Shown: positions 29,317-39,796, counted from the stretch's first letter. The stretch is DNA of 64,000 nt from Candidatus Doudnabacteria bacterium (GCA_963768175.1 CAVYGQ010000001.1:446305-510304), one strand, 5' to 3'. The notes: a model not told the origin generated them from the letters alone. A program made the numbers and translations.

Positions 29317-29343
29317 AAATTTAACAGGTTTAACAGGGTAAAA

Positions 29344-29889
29344 ATGTCAAAACTCTCTCCACAAACAAAAACTTTCATCGCCCTTTTTTGTTTTGCCGTT
29401 TTTGGAACGTATGTGTGTATAATTCTTTGGTCCAATTTGGCCGGATCTGTTCCCAACACGTCCTACAACACAAACACCCTGACAAAAAAAGTCTCGGCCC
29501 AAACTTTACCCGCTTTGGTTCCAGTCCCCGCAGTGGACACGACCGGATGGAATACATACAACAATGAACAATACCAATTAAGTTTTTTATATAAACCAGG
29601 CTGGAAAGTTTTACCGGCTATAAATAAAAATGGCTTTACGGTTTTGCAGGTAGACCCGGGACCAAAATTTTACAATATTAAAATTTACATCAACCCCAAA
29701 GAATTTTACATTATGGATGGCCTGCCCACCAAGACCGAAACCATTGGCGGCCAAACGGCTCTAAATGCCAACAACTCGCTGTATGGGATTGTGGCGAACA
29801 ATTTGCACTATACTTTTGACGTAGGCCTGTCCATGAGCCTGGTGCCGGATTTTAACGCTTTGGTGCATTCGGTAAAATTTGGGAATTAG
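29344..29889 (+). CDS. Hypothetical membrane-anchored protein
   Basis: 181-aa ORF with an N-terminal TM. Confidence 0.5.
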   Translation: MSKLSPQTKTFIALFCFAVFGTYVCIILWSNLAGSVPNTSYNTNTLTKKVSAQTLPALVPVPAVDTTGWNTYNNEQYQLSFLYKPGWKVLPAINKNGFTVLQVDPGPKFYNIKIYINPKEFYIMDGLPTKTETIGGQTALNANNSLYGIVANNLHYTFDVGLSMSLVPDFNALVHSVKFGN

Positions 29890-29897
29890 TGGAAAAA

Positions 29898-29928
29898 CAG
29901 GGGACACCTCTGGAAGAGGTGTCCCCTG
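29898..29928. terminator. Family A palindrome (CAGGGGACACCTCT ggaag AGGTGTCCCCTG) acting as a hairpin after the gene end, followed by TTTTC
   Basis: Perfect 14-bp inverted repeat directly after the stop at 29889. Confidence 0.55.
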
Positions 29929-29938
29929 TTTTCATTGA

Positions 29939-30115
29939 TTACTGTTTTTTATTTATACCAACGACTATCCCCCAAAAACCAAAAACCAGGCTGGCAAACA
30001 AATAACCTCCTGGCAGACTGACGATATTGGGGAAAGCAAAACCGCAAAATCCCACAAGAAATAAAATTACTCCGGTTACTAAACTGTATGAACGGGGGTT
30101 GTTAAGTTTAATCAT
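29939..30115 (-). CDS. Possible 58-aa two-TM small membrane protein (below the ORF-track size cutoff)
   Basis: Manual translation gives MIKLNNPRSYSLVTGVILFLVGFCGFAFPNIVSLPGGYLFASLVFGFWGIVVGINKKQ. Confidence 0.3.
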   Translation of the reverse strand: MIKLNNPRSYSLVTGVILFLVGFCGFAFPNIVSLPGGYLFASLVFGFWGIVVGINKKQ

Positions 30116-30266
30116 AGATTAATTGACATGATTTAAAGGATTTAAATGATTGACATAATTTTCTTTTCTGCAATTTTGTCAATCTTGATCAATCTTTTAA
30201 ATCTTGCCCAATCCTTAATTTTGCCTTATAATTATACAAGATATTATTAACTTTGACTACCCCCAT

Positions 30267-32336
30267 ATGATAGAGAATACGTATTTGTATTACGCCTTGG
30301 GAGCGGCAATTTTAGCCCTTCTGTATGGCGTGTTTTTAATTTTTAAGATCCTCAAACAGCCGCAGGGCCAGGGGAAAATGCTGGAAATAGCCAAAGCCAT
30401 CCAAGACGGCGCCAAGGCCTATTTGTCCAGACAATATAAAACCGTCGGCTTAGTCGCCGTGGTTATTTTAGTTTTGATGTACCTGGCGCATTTTTCCGCG
30501 CATACTATGGAAGGCTTTATCCTAGGCGCCATACTTTCCGCCACAGCCGGTTTTGTGGGAATGAACGTTTCGGTCAGGGCTAACGTGCGCACGGCCGAAG
30601 CCGCAAAAAAAGGGCTGTCTTCCGCTTTATCTTTAGCTTTTGAAGGCGGCAGTGTAACCGGACTATTTGTGGTCGGGCTTGGCCTTTTGGCGGTTACCGG
30701 CTTTTTGCTGGCCACCAAAACCGCCGGCGGCCCCTGCATAAATCTTGGCGACGCCAACCAATGCGTGGGCGGAGGCAGCTTTGACCTTTCGGCGTTGGCC
30801 GGCTTGGCTTTTGGCGCCAGCTTGATTTCCATTTTTGCCCGTTTGGGCGGCGGCATTTTTACCAAAGGCGCGGACGTAGGCACCGATATGGTCGGCAAAA
30901 TTGAAGCCGGCATTCCGGAAGACGACCCCCGCAACCCGGGCGTAATAGCCGACAACGTCGGCGACAACGTCGGCGACTGCGCCGGCATGGCCGCAGACTT
31001 GTTTGAAACCTACGTGGTTTCTGCCGTCGCGGTTATATTACTCGGCTCGGCGCTTTTCCCCGGCTACATCAACGCCGTAATTTATCCACTAATGATTGGC
31101 GCCGTTTCCATTATTACCACAATCATCGGCACCTGGTTTGTCCGCTTAGGCAAAAGTAAAAATATTATGGGCGCCATGTACAAAGGTTTTGCCGTAACCG
31201 GGATATTGAGCGCCGTAGCTTTTTGGCCGATTACCCAAAAAATTATGGGTGACAACAGCCTGTATTCCGTCAGCAACCTTTTTTACTGCGCGCTTATCGG
31301 TTTAGTAGTTACCGGACTCATTACCATGATTACCGAATATTACACTTCCAAATCTTTTTCGCCGGTTAAAAATATTGCCGAGGCTTCCACCACCGGACAC
31401 GGGACTAATATTATAAAAGGCATTGCCGTAGGTATGCAGTCCACCGCCGCCCCGGTATTTGTGATAGTCTGCGCGATTTTATTTTCATATCATTTAGCCG
31501 GACTTTACGGGATTGCGTTGGCTGTTATGTCGATGCTATCCTTGACCGGAATTGTAGTTGCCATAGATGCCTTTGGGCCCATTACCGATAACGCCGGCGG
31601 CATTGCCGAAATGGCCGGACTGGACCAGTCTGTCCGTGATGTGACCGACCCGCTGGATGCCGTTGGCAACACCACCAAAGCCGTAACCAAAGGTTATGCC
31701 ATAACCAGCGCGGGACTGGCCGCCATGGTCTTGTTTGCCGCTTACACCCAACAGCTTTCCGCAAACGGCATTTCCACTGTGTTTGATTTAGGAAACAGCC
31801 GGGTATTGGTCGGCTTGCTAATTGGCGGACTGCTCCCCTATTTGTTTGCTTCAATCGCGATGTCTGCCGTGGGGAATGCGGCTAAAGCCGTAGTGGAAGA
31901 AGTGCGCCGCCAGTTCCGCGAAATAAAAGGCATTATGACCGGGCAGGCCAAGCCGGATTATTCCCGCGCCGTGGATATTGTCACCAAGGCCGCCATTAAA
32001 GAAATGATTATTCCCGCGCTAATTCCGGTTGTAATGCCGATTTTAGTGGGGCTGATTTTAGGCGCCAGGGCTTTGGGCGGGATGCTTGTCGGCACAATTA
32101 TTACCGGCATTTTTGTCGGCATTTCCATGACCACTGGCGGCGCGGCCTGGGACAACGCCAAAAAGTATATTGAAGAAGGCCACTTTGGCGGCAAAGGAAG
32201 CGATGCCCACAAAGCGGCCGTTACCGGCGACACCGTCGGCGACCCTTACAAAGACACCGCGGGTCCGGCCATAAACCCGATGATAAAGATTATAAACATT
32301 GTGGCGCTATTGCTGGTAAAATTCCTGAAACCGTAA
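30267..32336 (+). CDS. hppA: Membrane-bound proton-translocating pyrophosphatase (H+-PPase)
   Basis: [49 protein letters not shown] signature. 689 aa, polytopic. Confidence 0.95.
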   Translation: MIENTYLYYALGAAILALLYGVFLIFKILKQPQGQGKMLEIAKAIQDGAKAYLSRQYKTVGLVAVVILVLMYLAHFSAHTMEGFILGAILSATAGFVGMNVSVRANVRTAEAAKKGLSSALSLAFEGGSVTGLFVVGLGLLAVTGFLLATKTAGGPCINLGDANQCVGGGSFDLSALAGLAFGASLISIFARLGGGIFTKGADVGTDMVGKIEAGIPEDDPRNPGVIADNVGDNVGDCAGMAADLFETYVVSAVAVILLGSALFPGYINAVIYPLMIGAVSIITTIIGTWFVRLGKSKNIMGAMYKGFAVTGILSAVAFWPITQKIMGDNSLYSVSNLFYCALIGLVVTGLITMITEYYTSKSFSPVKNIAEASTTGHGTNIIKGIAVGMQSTAAPVFVIVCAILFSYHLAGLYGIALAVMSMLSLTGIVVAIDAFGPITDNAGGIAEMAGLDQSVRDVTDPLDAVGNTTKAVTKGYAITSAGLAAMVLFAAYTQQLSANGISTVFDLGNSRVLVGLLIGGLLPYLFASIAMSAVGNAAKAVVEEVRRQFREIKGIMTGQAKPDYSRAVDIVTKAAIKEMIIPALIPVVMPILVGLILGARALGGMLVGTIITGIFVGISMTTGGAAWDNAKKYIEEGHFGGKGSDAHKAAVTGDTVGDPYKDTAGPAINPMIKIINIVALLLVKFLKP

Positions 32337-32343
32337 AATACAA

Positions 32344-32380
32344 CAAAGAGACTCTTTGCGCGACGCAAAGAGTCTCTTTG
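32344..32380. terminator. Family F hairpin (CAAAGAGACTCTTTGCGC / GCGCAAAGAGTCTCTTTG)
   Basis: Inverted repeat after the hppA stop. A second copy after glnII at 49206..49242. Confidence 0.6.
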
Positions 32381-32467
32381 TATAACTATTTTATATAAAT
32401 AAAAAACGAGCGGCTACAGTGACGCAGTCGCCCGGGGTGGCCAGCCCCATAAGTAATAGCCAATGCT

Positions 32468-33028
32468 TCAGCGCCGCCGGTAAGGCCGCCGCGTCCCGTA
32501 AAGGTGAGGCTTGTCCAGCGGAGGCTTGACGCCGTGCGCGCGTTGCCCTGCCATGCCCTCTTCGATCTTGTTGAGATTGACGATGATCGCGAGCTTTTGT
32601 TCCATGGCAGGAGAAACATCTTTGCCGGCTTTGGAGATGTACTCGCGGTATTTGTCAGCCAGATCTTGAGCGACGCGAATCTTTCCGTGAGTGAGCTTGA
32701 GTCGCTTGTATGCAGCGGCGGCGTCCTGAACGTACAATTTCTGAACCTGCTGCGTGACGAATCCGGGAGCAACCCCGATCGCGTCCAGGTCGAGACCAAC
32801 GGTTCCGAGCTGCTTCTCCATCTCCTTCGCGAAACGCGTCGCGGTGTCGCCGTTCTGGGCGAGCATGAAGTCCTGGAAGGACCGAAACGCTTCCGTCTTG
32901 ACTTCGTCGACCTTCTTCAGCCTAGCCACTTCGCGTTGAGCCAGATCAGCTTTGGACGGACCGCACCCGATGAGTGCGGCCAAAATCGCCACCGCAATGA
33001 TGGCGAGCACTACGCGCATGTTGCGCAT
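32468..33028 (-). CDS. Lipoprotein of unknown function in a GC-rich (about 60-65%) islet
   Basis: Lipobox MRNMRVVLAIIAVAILAALIGCG preceded by AAGGGGGA RBS. The ORF-track start at 33118 is probably too far upstream. The overlapping plus ORF 32504..33190 is rejected. Confidence 0.5.
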   Translation of the reverse strand: MRNMRVVLAIIAVAILAALIGCGPSKADLAQREVARLKKVDEVKTEAFRSFQDFMLAQNGDTATRFAKEMEKQLGTVGLDLDAIGVAPGFVTQQVQKLYVQDAAAAYKRLKLTHGKIRVAQDLADKYREYISKAGKDVSPAMEQKLAIIVNLNKIEEGMAGQRAHGVKPPLDKPHLYGTRRPYRRR

Positions 33029-33145
33029 GGTGTTTCCCCCTTTGAAACAAAAGTCCGCCAGATTCAGCAAAACAACCGCCACCCATACTGGCATAGGGTT
33101 AGCATTAAAAAATATCAAAAAAAGACCTTTATGTCAAGGGCTCAA

Positions 33146-33208
33146 AGCTGGAAGAAGTGTCCCCTCTTCCAGTTTAATTTTATGGTATAATAAACAATTT
33201 TTACACAA
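33146..33208. repeat. Family A element, extended 63-nt form (hairpin CTGGAAGAaGTGTCCCCTCTTCCAG plus tttaattttatggtataataaa)
   Basis: Near-identical 63-mer at 41120..41182. Both lie immediately 3' of minus-strand genes and contain TGnTATAAT-like boxes. Confidence 0.65.
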
Positions 33209-34427
33209 TTACCCCGCCGCCCACGCATTCCTTGCCTTTGTATAATACCAAACTTTGCCCCGAGGCGACGGCTTTTTGGGGTTTGTTGAATATAACGCGA
33301 TAATGGTTCTTGCCGATTAGTCTTATTGTTAATGGCACCAGTTCTCCTTGGTGGCGGAAACGCCCAAGTAAAGAAATTTTGATCCCTGAGCCAGTCGAAC
33401 GGGTCAAAATTTCTTTTGGGGAACTTTGCCCTTCCACAAGGTCAGGGGCAAATTTCCCACTGATCCAATTCACGCTATGAATCTGTACTTCTTTTGTCAA
33501 CAAATTTTTGTCGTCCACATTATTCGTAACATACAGAGTGTTTATCTTTAAATCCTTTTTTACCACATAATATGGGCCGGTGCCACCAACTTTAATCCCC
33601 TGCCGCTGGCCGATGGTGTAATTAAAAAGACCATTATGTTCACCAATAACCCCACCTAGCCTCCCCTTTGCAAGGGGAGGGATTACTGCAGATTCCCCTC
33701 CTTGCAGAGGAGGGGTTAGGGGAGGTAATAAAACTATCGGCCCCGGCTTTGCCTTCAGTTTCTGCTCCAAAAAATCTTTTAGCCTAATTTTGCCCACAAA
33801 GCACAGCCCCATGCTTTCTTTCTTCTCGGCGTTCGGCAAACCGATTTTCCGCGCAAGCGCACGGACGGCGGGCTTTTTCATGGCGCCAATCGGAAAAAGT
33901 AAATGCGGCAATTGCTCCGATTTGATGTTATAAATAAAATAAGTTTGGTCTTTGAATTCATCCGCGCTCCTCATCAGCCTAAACTCGCTAAAACCGCGGC
34001 CGCGGTTTAAAGAAGTATTTTTTTCTACCTGCGCGTAATGTCCGGTTGCCAAATAATCAAACCCGTTTTTCATCGCCCAGTTATAAAGCAGCTTAAATTT
34101 AATTTCCTTATTGCACATGACGTCCGGGTTCGGCGTACGGCCTTTTTTATATTCGTCAAAAAAATAACGCATTACGGTTTTCTGGTACTGCTTTTCAAAA
34201 TCCAAAGTGTGCAAGGGGGTGCGCAAAAACGCGGCCACGCGCAAGGCGTCTTGGCGATCCACAAGCCATGGGCATTCGTTCTTAATCAAACCGGCGGTGG
34301 AAGACCAGTTCTTCATAAACGCGGCTTCAACTTCGTAGCCCTGTTTTAACAAAAGATATACCGAAACCGCACTGTCAATGCCGCCGCTTAGAGCGATTAG
34401 CACCTTCTTTTTTCGAATTTTCTTCAT
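33201..34427 (-). CDS. mnmA: tRNA-specific 2-thiouridylase MnmA with an in-frame family-B repeat insertion
   Basis: LSGGIDSAVS PP-loop and a conserved C-terminal domain. The extra LLPPLTPPLQGGESAVIPPLAKGRLGG segment is encoded by the repeat at 33652..33728. Confidence 0.9.
   Translation of the reverse strand: MKKIRKKKVLIALSGGIDSAVSVYLLLKQGYEVEAAFMKNWSSTAGLIKNECPWLVDRQDALRVAAFLRTPLHTLDFEKQYQKTVMRYFFDEYKKGRTPNPDVMCNKEIKFKLLYNWAMKNGFDYLATGHYAQVEKNTSLNRGRGFSEFRLMRSADEFKDQTYFIYNIKSEQLPHLLFPIGAMKKPAVRALARKIGLPNAEKKESMGLCFVGKIRLKDFLEQKLKAKPGPIVLLPPLTPPLQGGESAVIPPLAKGRLGGVIGEHNGLFNYTIGQRQGIKVGGTGPYYVVKKDLKINTLYVTNNVDDKNLLTKEVQIHSVNWISGKFAPDLVEGQSSPKEILTRSTGSGIKISLLGRFRHQGELVPLTIRLIGKNHYRVIFNKPQKAVASGQSLVLYKGKECVGGGVIV
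33652..33728. repeat. Family B compound palindromic repeat inside the mnmA CDS
   Basis: cctagcctcccctttgcaaggggaggg ... gattcccctccttgcagaggaggggttaggggagg. Confidence 0.7.
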
Positions 34428-34543
34428 GGCTACAATTATACTTTAAAGCGTTAAAAAAATCCATCGGCTTCTCAAAGAAAGTTAGATCGGCACCTTCTCG
34501 CAGCGAGAAGGTGCCCATCTATTCAGATAAAATCAATTAAATT

Positions 34544-35296
34544 TTAACTTTTATGATACTTTTTTATCATTTTTAACAAATCCTTATGCACCGCGCCGTT
34601 GCTGATTAGCGCGCCGTTTATTTTCCCGTCATAACGCTGCTCTTTGCCGAATTTGTCGGTTACTTTTCCGCCGGCCTCTTCCACAATAACCTTTATCGCC
34701 GCAATATCATGAGCAAAACTATAATCATAATAAGCCGCGACTGTATGGCCGGCGGCTACTGTAATCGCCTCATAACAAATTGAGTAAAGGTTCAGCCAAA
34801 AAACTTCCGGATATTTTAAAGCTGCATGGCTTGCCGTCTTATGGTCCCAAAATGCCACAGAGTTTTTTAAACCCGATTTATTTACCTTAATTTTTCGCCC
34901 GTTCATAAAAGCGCCTTTGCCGACTTCGGCAAAATACAAATGGTCCAACACGGCATCGTAAATTACGCCCAATAACGGCTTGCCGTTTTTCACCAGCGCC
35001 AGAGAAAAAACAAAAGTCGGGATGCCGTGGGAAAACGGCACCGTGCCGTCCACCGGATCGCACACCCATAAATATTCCCTACCGCCGCTGTGATAGCTTT
35101 CTTCCTCGCCCAAAACCCCGTGGCCGGGAAAATTCTTTTTCACCTGCGCAATAACCAACTTGTTAATTTTCAAATCCGTTTCGGTAACCGGTGAGCCGTC
35201 TTTTTTCCATTTTCTCTCCATTGCCAAACTAAAATCCGTCCGCATTATTTTTCCGGCTTTTTTGGCAAGGTTTATGGCAAAATTTTTATAGGTCAT
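34544..35296 (-). CDS. Inositol monophosphatase-family protein (SuhB-like)
   Basis: WVCDPVDGT..F..G.P motifs. Confidence 0.8.
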   Translation of the reverse strand: MTYKNFAINLAKKAGKIMRTDFSLAMERKWKKDGSPVTETDLKINKLVIAQVKKNFPGHGVLGEEESYHSGGREYLWVCDPVDGTVPFSHGIPTFVFSLALVKNGKPLLGVIYDAVLDHLYFAEVGKGAFMNGRKIKVNKSGLKNSVAFWDHKTASHAALKYPEVFWLNLYSICYEAITVAAGHTVAAYYDYSFAHDIAAIKVIVEEAGGKVTDKFGKEQRYDGKINGALISNGAVHKDLLKMIKKYHKS

Positions 35297-35307
35297 ACCT
35301 TAACCCC

Positions 35308-35730
35308 CTATCTTACAAACACCGTTACCAAAACTCCGGCTACCACCAGCGTACCGCCGATGATGTTGCCGTAAGTCGGGCGCTCGCCCAAAAATATCAG
35401 CGCCAAAATAATGGTTAAGGCTACGGACAGCTTGTCAATCGGTGCCACTTTGCTCGCCTCGCCTAGCTGTAAAGCTTTGTAATAAAACAGCCAGGAAAGC
35501 CCGGTAGCGATGGCCGACAGGACGATGAAAATCCAAGTATGCCGCGACCAGTCTTTTATCTGGCCGCTTGAGCCTTCTATAAACACAATCCCCCAGGCAA
35601 AAAATAAGATAACCGCGGTGCGCACCGCCACCGCCAAATTACTGCTTATCCCCTTAATGCCGATTTTGCCGAAAATCGCCACCAACGAGGCAAAGAACGC
35701 ACTTAAAACCGCATAAATAGCCCAAGACAT
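35308..35730 (-). CDS. EamA/DMT-family small transporter (4 TM)
   Basis: 140 aa, four hydrophobic helices, EamA-like. Confidence 0.65.
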   Translation of the reverse strand: MSWAIYAVLSAFFASLVAIFGKIGIKGISSNLAVAVRTAVILFFAWGIVFIEGSSGQIKDWSRHTWIFIVLSAIATGLSWLFYYKALQLGEASKVAPIDKLSVALTIILALIFLGERPTYGNIIGGTLVVAGVLVTVFVR

Positions 35731-35818
35731 AGTAGTTAATTAACAAAAACGGCAGAAATGACAAAAATGAACTGCAGTCCAATTTTTGTCAATTTTGTCA
35801 TTTATTTAATTTTTGTCA

Positions 35819-36499
35819 TTACTTATAATACTGCTCCGCCTGCTTTTCCATACCGGCTATGTCCGTGCTCTGCAAAATATGACCGTTAAAAAAGAAGCTT
35901 GGCGTGCCGGGCAAATTCAAACCCAAAGCCTGGTTGCTATCGTCTTGGATAACCGATAAATATTTTTTGCTTGTTATGTCGCCCTTAAATTGGTCAATGT
36001 TGGCAACGCCAATGCTTTGCGCGTACCCGGCAAAAGTATCCAACGGGTCCGACAGCCCTTCCCAATCGGCCTGGTTTTTAAACAAAATGTCGTGCATTTC
36101 CCAATACTTGCCCTGCGCCCCGGCGGCCTCCGCGGCCAAACAGGCTTCCACGGTATTCGGATGGATTTGGGCTAAAGGAAAATAGCGGAATACAAATACC
36201 GTGTCCTTAAACACCGTCGGCACCTGCTTGAGCATATCGCTGTAATCGGCGCAGGCCGGACATTCAAAGTCCGCGTATTCAATAAACTCGTTCTTGGCTG
36301 AGGCTGAGCCCTGGTAGTGATCTACGCTTGGATTAAACGCCGGAGGCGTGGAAATGGCTCTGACAGCCGAAGTGTTCAGCGCGGCGTTGTAAGAGGTAGA
36401 AGCAGATTGCTGGGTTTGTTGGGGAGAAATTTTAAACAAAAAATAGCCAAAGCCCAAAACAATTAAAACTATAATAACAATTGTGATAATCTTTTTCAT
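35819..36499 (-). CDS. DsbA/BdbD-like thiol-disulfide oxidoreductase
   Basis: N-terminal TM anchor. CPAC active-site motif in a thioredoxin fold. Confidence 0.75.
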   Translation of the reverse strand: MKKIITIVIIVLIVLGFGYFLFKISPQQTQQSASTSYNAALNTSAVRAISTPPAFNPSVDHYQGSASAKNEFIEYADFECPACADYSDMLKQVPTVFKDTVFVFRYFPLAQIHPNTVEACLAAEAAGAQGKYWEMHDILFKNQADWEGLSDPLDTFAGYAQSIGVANIDQFKGDITSKKYLSVIQDDSNQALGLNLPGTPSFFFNGHILQSTDIAGMEKQAEQYYK

Positions 36500-36526
36500 A
36501 ACGCCTTCCGTTGATTAATTATATAT

Positions 36527-37456
36527 TTAATTTGAGCTTGCCGCAGTGCTTGTGCCCAGCACCATCTCCGCAGAATTAATTAAAGCCAAGATTTGGGCTT
36601 CTGCGGCTAAATCCGCCAAAAGCTTGGTTTCGTCAAAAGCCGTGTATAAGTGGTCTTCGCCCAAAACCACCACCGCCAGTTCTTGCCCGTTGTATTTTAC
36701 CAGGGACGCGAAATTATATTTGGCTTCATCCAAGTACCCTGTTTTAGCGCCTAAAATTTGAATATCCGAATCCGTTAACAGCTTATCGGTATTTTTTATA
36801 GTCTGATTATACCTAAAATTGTTGGCTGAGCGCAACACATAACTGTTTAAGCCGGTAATTTTCCGTAAATAGGGGTTGGAAAAGGCCGCGGTGATAATTT
36901 TCGCGTAATCAGCCGCGGTAATTTGGTTTTGGGGATCCATGCCTGTAGGTTCGTAAAAATGGCTGCCTGTGGCGCCTAAACTGGCGGCCTTTTGGTTCAT
37001 AAGCTCCGCGAATTGGTCCATGGAAAGTCCGGTGCTCCTGGAAAGGGCGCTGGCCGCGTTATTGGCCGAAGGAATCAGTGCGGCGTGAAAAAGCCCGTCT
37101 ACCGTAAATTTTACGCCTGGCTTGGCCTTAATGCAGGCGCCCCCGGAAGTACAGCCACCCAAAGTTTGGTCTTGGGCGGTTATGGCAATCATTTTTGTCA
37201 ATTTGACTTTTGCATCCAAAACCACCAGGGCAGTAACCAGTTTTGTTAACGATGCCGGCGTCCAAGGCATATCGGCATTCTTATTGATAAGCACTTGTCC
37301 GGTCTTTACGTCCTGCACTATATAAGCCTGGGCATTGATGCCTTCCATATTTGCCAAGTCATTACCGCTTTTTGGCATAGATAAAGCGAAGGCGGAAACC
37401 GGCGCCATTAACATACTGCTAATTAAAACTGTGCTTAGATATTTTTTTGACATCAA
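36527..37456 (-). CDS. dacA: D-alanyl-D-alanine carboxypeptidase (S11, PBP5/6-like)
   Basis: SLTK (SxxK), SANN (SxN) and KTGY (KTG) motifs. Signal peptide. Confidence 0.85.
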   Translation of the reverse strand: MMSKKYLSTVLISSMLMAPVSAFALSMPKSGNDLANMEGINAQAYIVQDVKTGQVLINKNADMPWTPASLTKLVTALVVLDAKVKLTKMIAITAQDQTLGGCTSGGACIKAKPGVKFTVDGLFHAALIPSANNAASALSRSTGLSMDQFAELMNQKAASLGATGSHFYEPTGMDPQNQITAADYAKIITAAFSNPYLRKITGLNSYVLRSANNFRYNQTIKNTDKLLTDSDIQILGAKTGYLDEAKYNFASLVKYNGQELAVVVLGEDHLYTAFDETKLLADLAAEAQILALINSAEMVLGTSTAASSN

Positions 37457-37466
37457 TTCTAAATTT

Positions 37467-37748
37467 TTATTCCCTCATCATGTGGCCGAATTTGGATTGC
37501 AGCATTTTCTTGTGCTGCTTAAACAAATCTTCCAAAGCACTGCGGATATGCCTCCCGATTTCGCTTTTATCGCCGACAATCTCCTGGGAAACTTCCACGC
37601 TTTTTACATTTTGGTTGCCGTCTATGATTAAAACAATTTTTCCGCCTGAAGATTTACCGCTGACGGTTTCCGTAGCCAACAGGCTCTCCATATGCTTGGC
37701 CTGCTTGCGCATCTCGTTCATATCTTTTAATTTATCCATTAATCCCAT
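37467..37748 (-). CDS. YbaB/EbfC-family nucleoid-associated protein
   Basis: 93 aa with the family pattern ..SGGGKIVLIIDGNQNVKSVEV.. Confidence 0.65.
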   Translation of the reverse strand: MGLMDKLKDMNEMRKQAKHMESLLATETVSGKSSGGKIVLIIDGNQNVKSVEVSQEIVGDKSEIGRHIRSALEDLFKQHKKMLQSKFGHMMRE

Positions 37749-37980
37749 ATAAATATTTTGTTTAATTTTAAATTAGGCTAATTAATTATAGCTTAAATAT
37801 GATAAAACTTCTAGCCGAGATTGTGTCATCCCGTAATTTTTCACGTCATTGATTATCATAAGTCGTGAAAAATATACGGGATCCAGAACCAAGGAATTAC
37901 CCAGTCCTAGATTCCGGATATTTTTGGCTGCTGATAATTTGCCTGTTTCAGCCAAAAATTCCGGAATGGAGCAAGGGGCG

Positions 37981-38835
37981 CTAACCACCCAAACAAGCAT
38001 TATAAGCTTTAACTTCGGCGTTATATTGGCTTGTAACCAATTTTAAAGTATCAACTTTATTATTGTAAATTCCCACCATACTGTTAAAGCTCGCCACGGT
38101 TTGGTTGTAAGCGTTAAAATCGCTCTGGGTTTGGGGATTTGCGGAATCTAATTGGCTTTTAAGCAGCGAAAGTTGCGGGTTAAGCTGATTAATGTCCGCC
38201 TGCAGGCTGTCTATCTGCGATTTTAAATTTAAATCAACGCTCGGACAACTGCTGGCCGGCTTGCCGAATTCCTGCACCGCCAGCCACGTTTGGTGACCTT
38301 GATATGTTCCCTGGCCCACGGCCACGCCGATTTCCTGGAATTTTACGTTCAAAATGTTGGCCCGATGGCCGGGGCTTTGCATCCAAGCGGTCAAAAGATC
38401 CCGGTCGTCGGTAAAGTTGCCCAGCGCCAAATTTTCTCCTTCGGAAATAAAATTATATCCGGCCTGTTTGGCTAAATCGCCGGGACCGACCCCTTGCGGA
38501 TTTATGTGCTCAAAATACTGCTGCTTAAACATATCCTGAAGCTTAGTTTGCGCCGCCTTGTCCAGCTGCTGATTTTCCGTTAACGCAGGCAGGTTACCGT
38601 TTTGTTGGCGGTCGGTATTTGTCCAAAGAATTACGCCGGCGCGGGTTAAATAGGAATTTGGGTTATCCTGTTGGCCTATAAGCGGCGGCGGGGTTAAAAT
38701 TTCCTGGGTAATTTGGCTGACTTCGGGGGTCTTGGATATTTCCGGCAGTTTTAAAAAAAATTTTTGCGCGGCAAAGCGGTAATACCAAACAGCGGCGGCA
38801 AAAATTAAAACGACGACGATAAAAAACTTTTTCAT
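37981..38835 (-). CDS. CAP (SCP/PR-1)-domain secreted protein with a C-terminal coiled coil
   Basis: N-terminal TM. WMQSPGHRANIL.. HEIG CAP motifs. Confidence 0.7.
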   Translation of the reverse strand: MKKFFIVVVLIFAAAVWYYRFAAQKFFLKLPEISKTPEVSQITQEILTPPPLIGQQDNPNSYLTRAGVILWTNTDRQQNGNLPALTENQQLDKAAQTKLQDMFKQQYFEHINPQGVGPGDLAKQAGYNFISEGENLALGNFTDDRDLLTAWMQSPGHRANILNVKFQEIGVAVGQGTYQGHQTWLAVQEFGKPASSCPSVDLNLKSQIDSLQADINQLNPQLSLLKSQLDSANPQTQSDFNAYNQTVASFNSMVGIYNNKVDTLKLVTSQYNAEVKAYNACLGG

Positions 38836-38861
38836 AATTACGCCGTTATTTAATATTATCT

Positions 38862-39080
38862 TTACTTAACAACCTGCTGGACAAAAAATTTTCCGTTGGG
38901 CAGAGTACACTCGGGCGGATAGCTTTGCATTACTGGATAGCCCGCCGCGGCGCATTGCTCAAAATTGCTTATTGGCTTGGAGTGTTTATTTTTTGCAAGA
39001 AAAAAAATAATCACGCCTAAAGCGGCCAAAATTACGAGAAAAATCCCAGTATAAACCCTGACATCACTGCGCATTTCCAT
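38862..39080 (-). CDS. Small membrane protein, hypothetical
   Basis: 72 aa, one TM. Confidence 0.35.
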   Translation of the reverse strand: MEMRSDVRVYTGIFLVILAALGVIIFFLAKNKHSKPISNFEQCAAAGYPVMQSYPPECTLPNGKFFVQQVVK

Positions 39081-39127
39081 AAAATGCTATAACTTAATAA
39101 TTTTGCTGTTGCTAACTAATGGCTTTA

Positions 39128-39796
39128 TTAATAAGTCAATTTAACATAAAAAGTGAGAAATGTATCCTGTTGATTTTTATCTTTTGGTGGGCGCTTGGAC
39201 ATTTCCAAAATTTTAAAACCGGCACCCCTTAAAATTTCCGCAAATTCGTCCTGCAAATAATAAACAAAATGCCTTTTCTGCCCGCTCTGCTGCCATTCAA
39301 CCATTTTTTCACCAACCCCTGCCTTAATAGCAATAAACCCCACTCCTCCGGGTTTTAATAAAGCTTTAATCTTTTGCAAGATTAGCTTAATTTTTGTTTT
39401 TGGAATATGCAAAAGGGAACAAGCCGACCAAAAGCCGTCAAAACTTTGCGGGGGAAAGTTTAAGTCGTAAAAACTCTGATTTAAGAATAAAGCCTTAGGG
39501 TTTTTGGCGGAGGCTAATTTTATCATCGCTTTTGAAATATCAACTCCCACGTAATAGTATCCATTACCCAAAAACCACAGGCTGTCCCGCCCGCTACCGC
39601 ATCCCAAGTCTATAATTTTACCGCTGGGCAAATATTTTTGGAATTTTCCATACTGATCTTGCCAAAAATCATCACGCCGAGTGAAACTCCAGGCGCTTGC
39701 AATTTTATTGTAAGTATTGAGAGTAACCTGCTCTTCGGCCGAAAGCATAAAATATTTTAGTTCTACAATTGCCGCTTTACTTAAGTATGGCGGCAA
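39128..39796 (-). CDS. Class I SAM-dependent methyltransferase
   Basis: IIDLGCGSGRDS motif I and LKPGGV post-I motif. Confidence 0.8.
   Translation of the reverse strand: MPPYLSKAAIVELKYFMLSAEEQVTLNTYNKIASAWSFTRRDDFWQDQYGKFQKYLPSGKIIDLGCGSGRDSLWFLGNGYYYVGVDISKAMIKLASAKNPKALFLNQSFYDLNFPPQSFDGFWSACSLLHIPKTKIKLILQKIKALLKPGGVGFIAIKAGVGEKMVEWQQSGQKRHFVYYLQDEFAEILRGAGFKILEMSKRPPKDKNQQDTFLTFYVKLTY

Noticed and set aside
32504-33190. Plus-strand 228-aa ORF in the GC-rich islet
   Set aside because: High GC inflates ORF length on both strands. The minus-strand frame has a lipoprotein signal and an RBS, and the plus-strand product is Arg/Leu-rich with no features.
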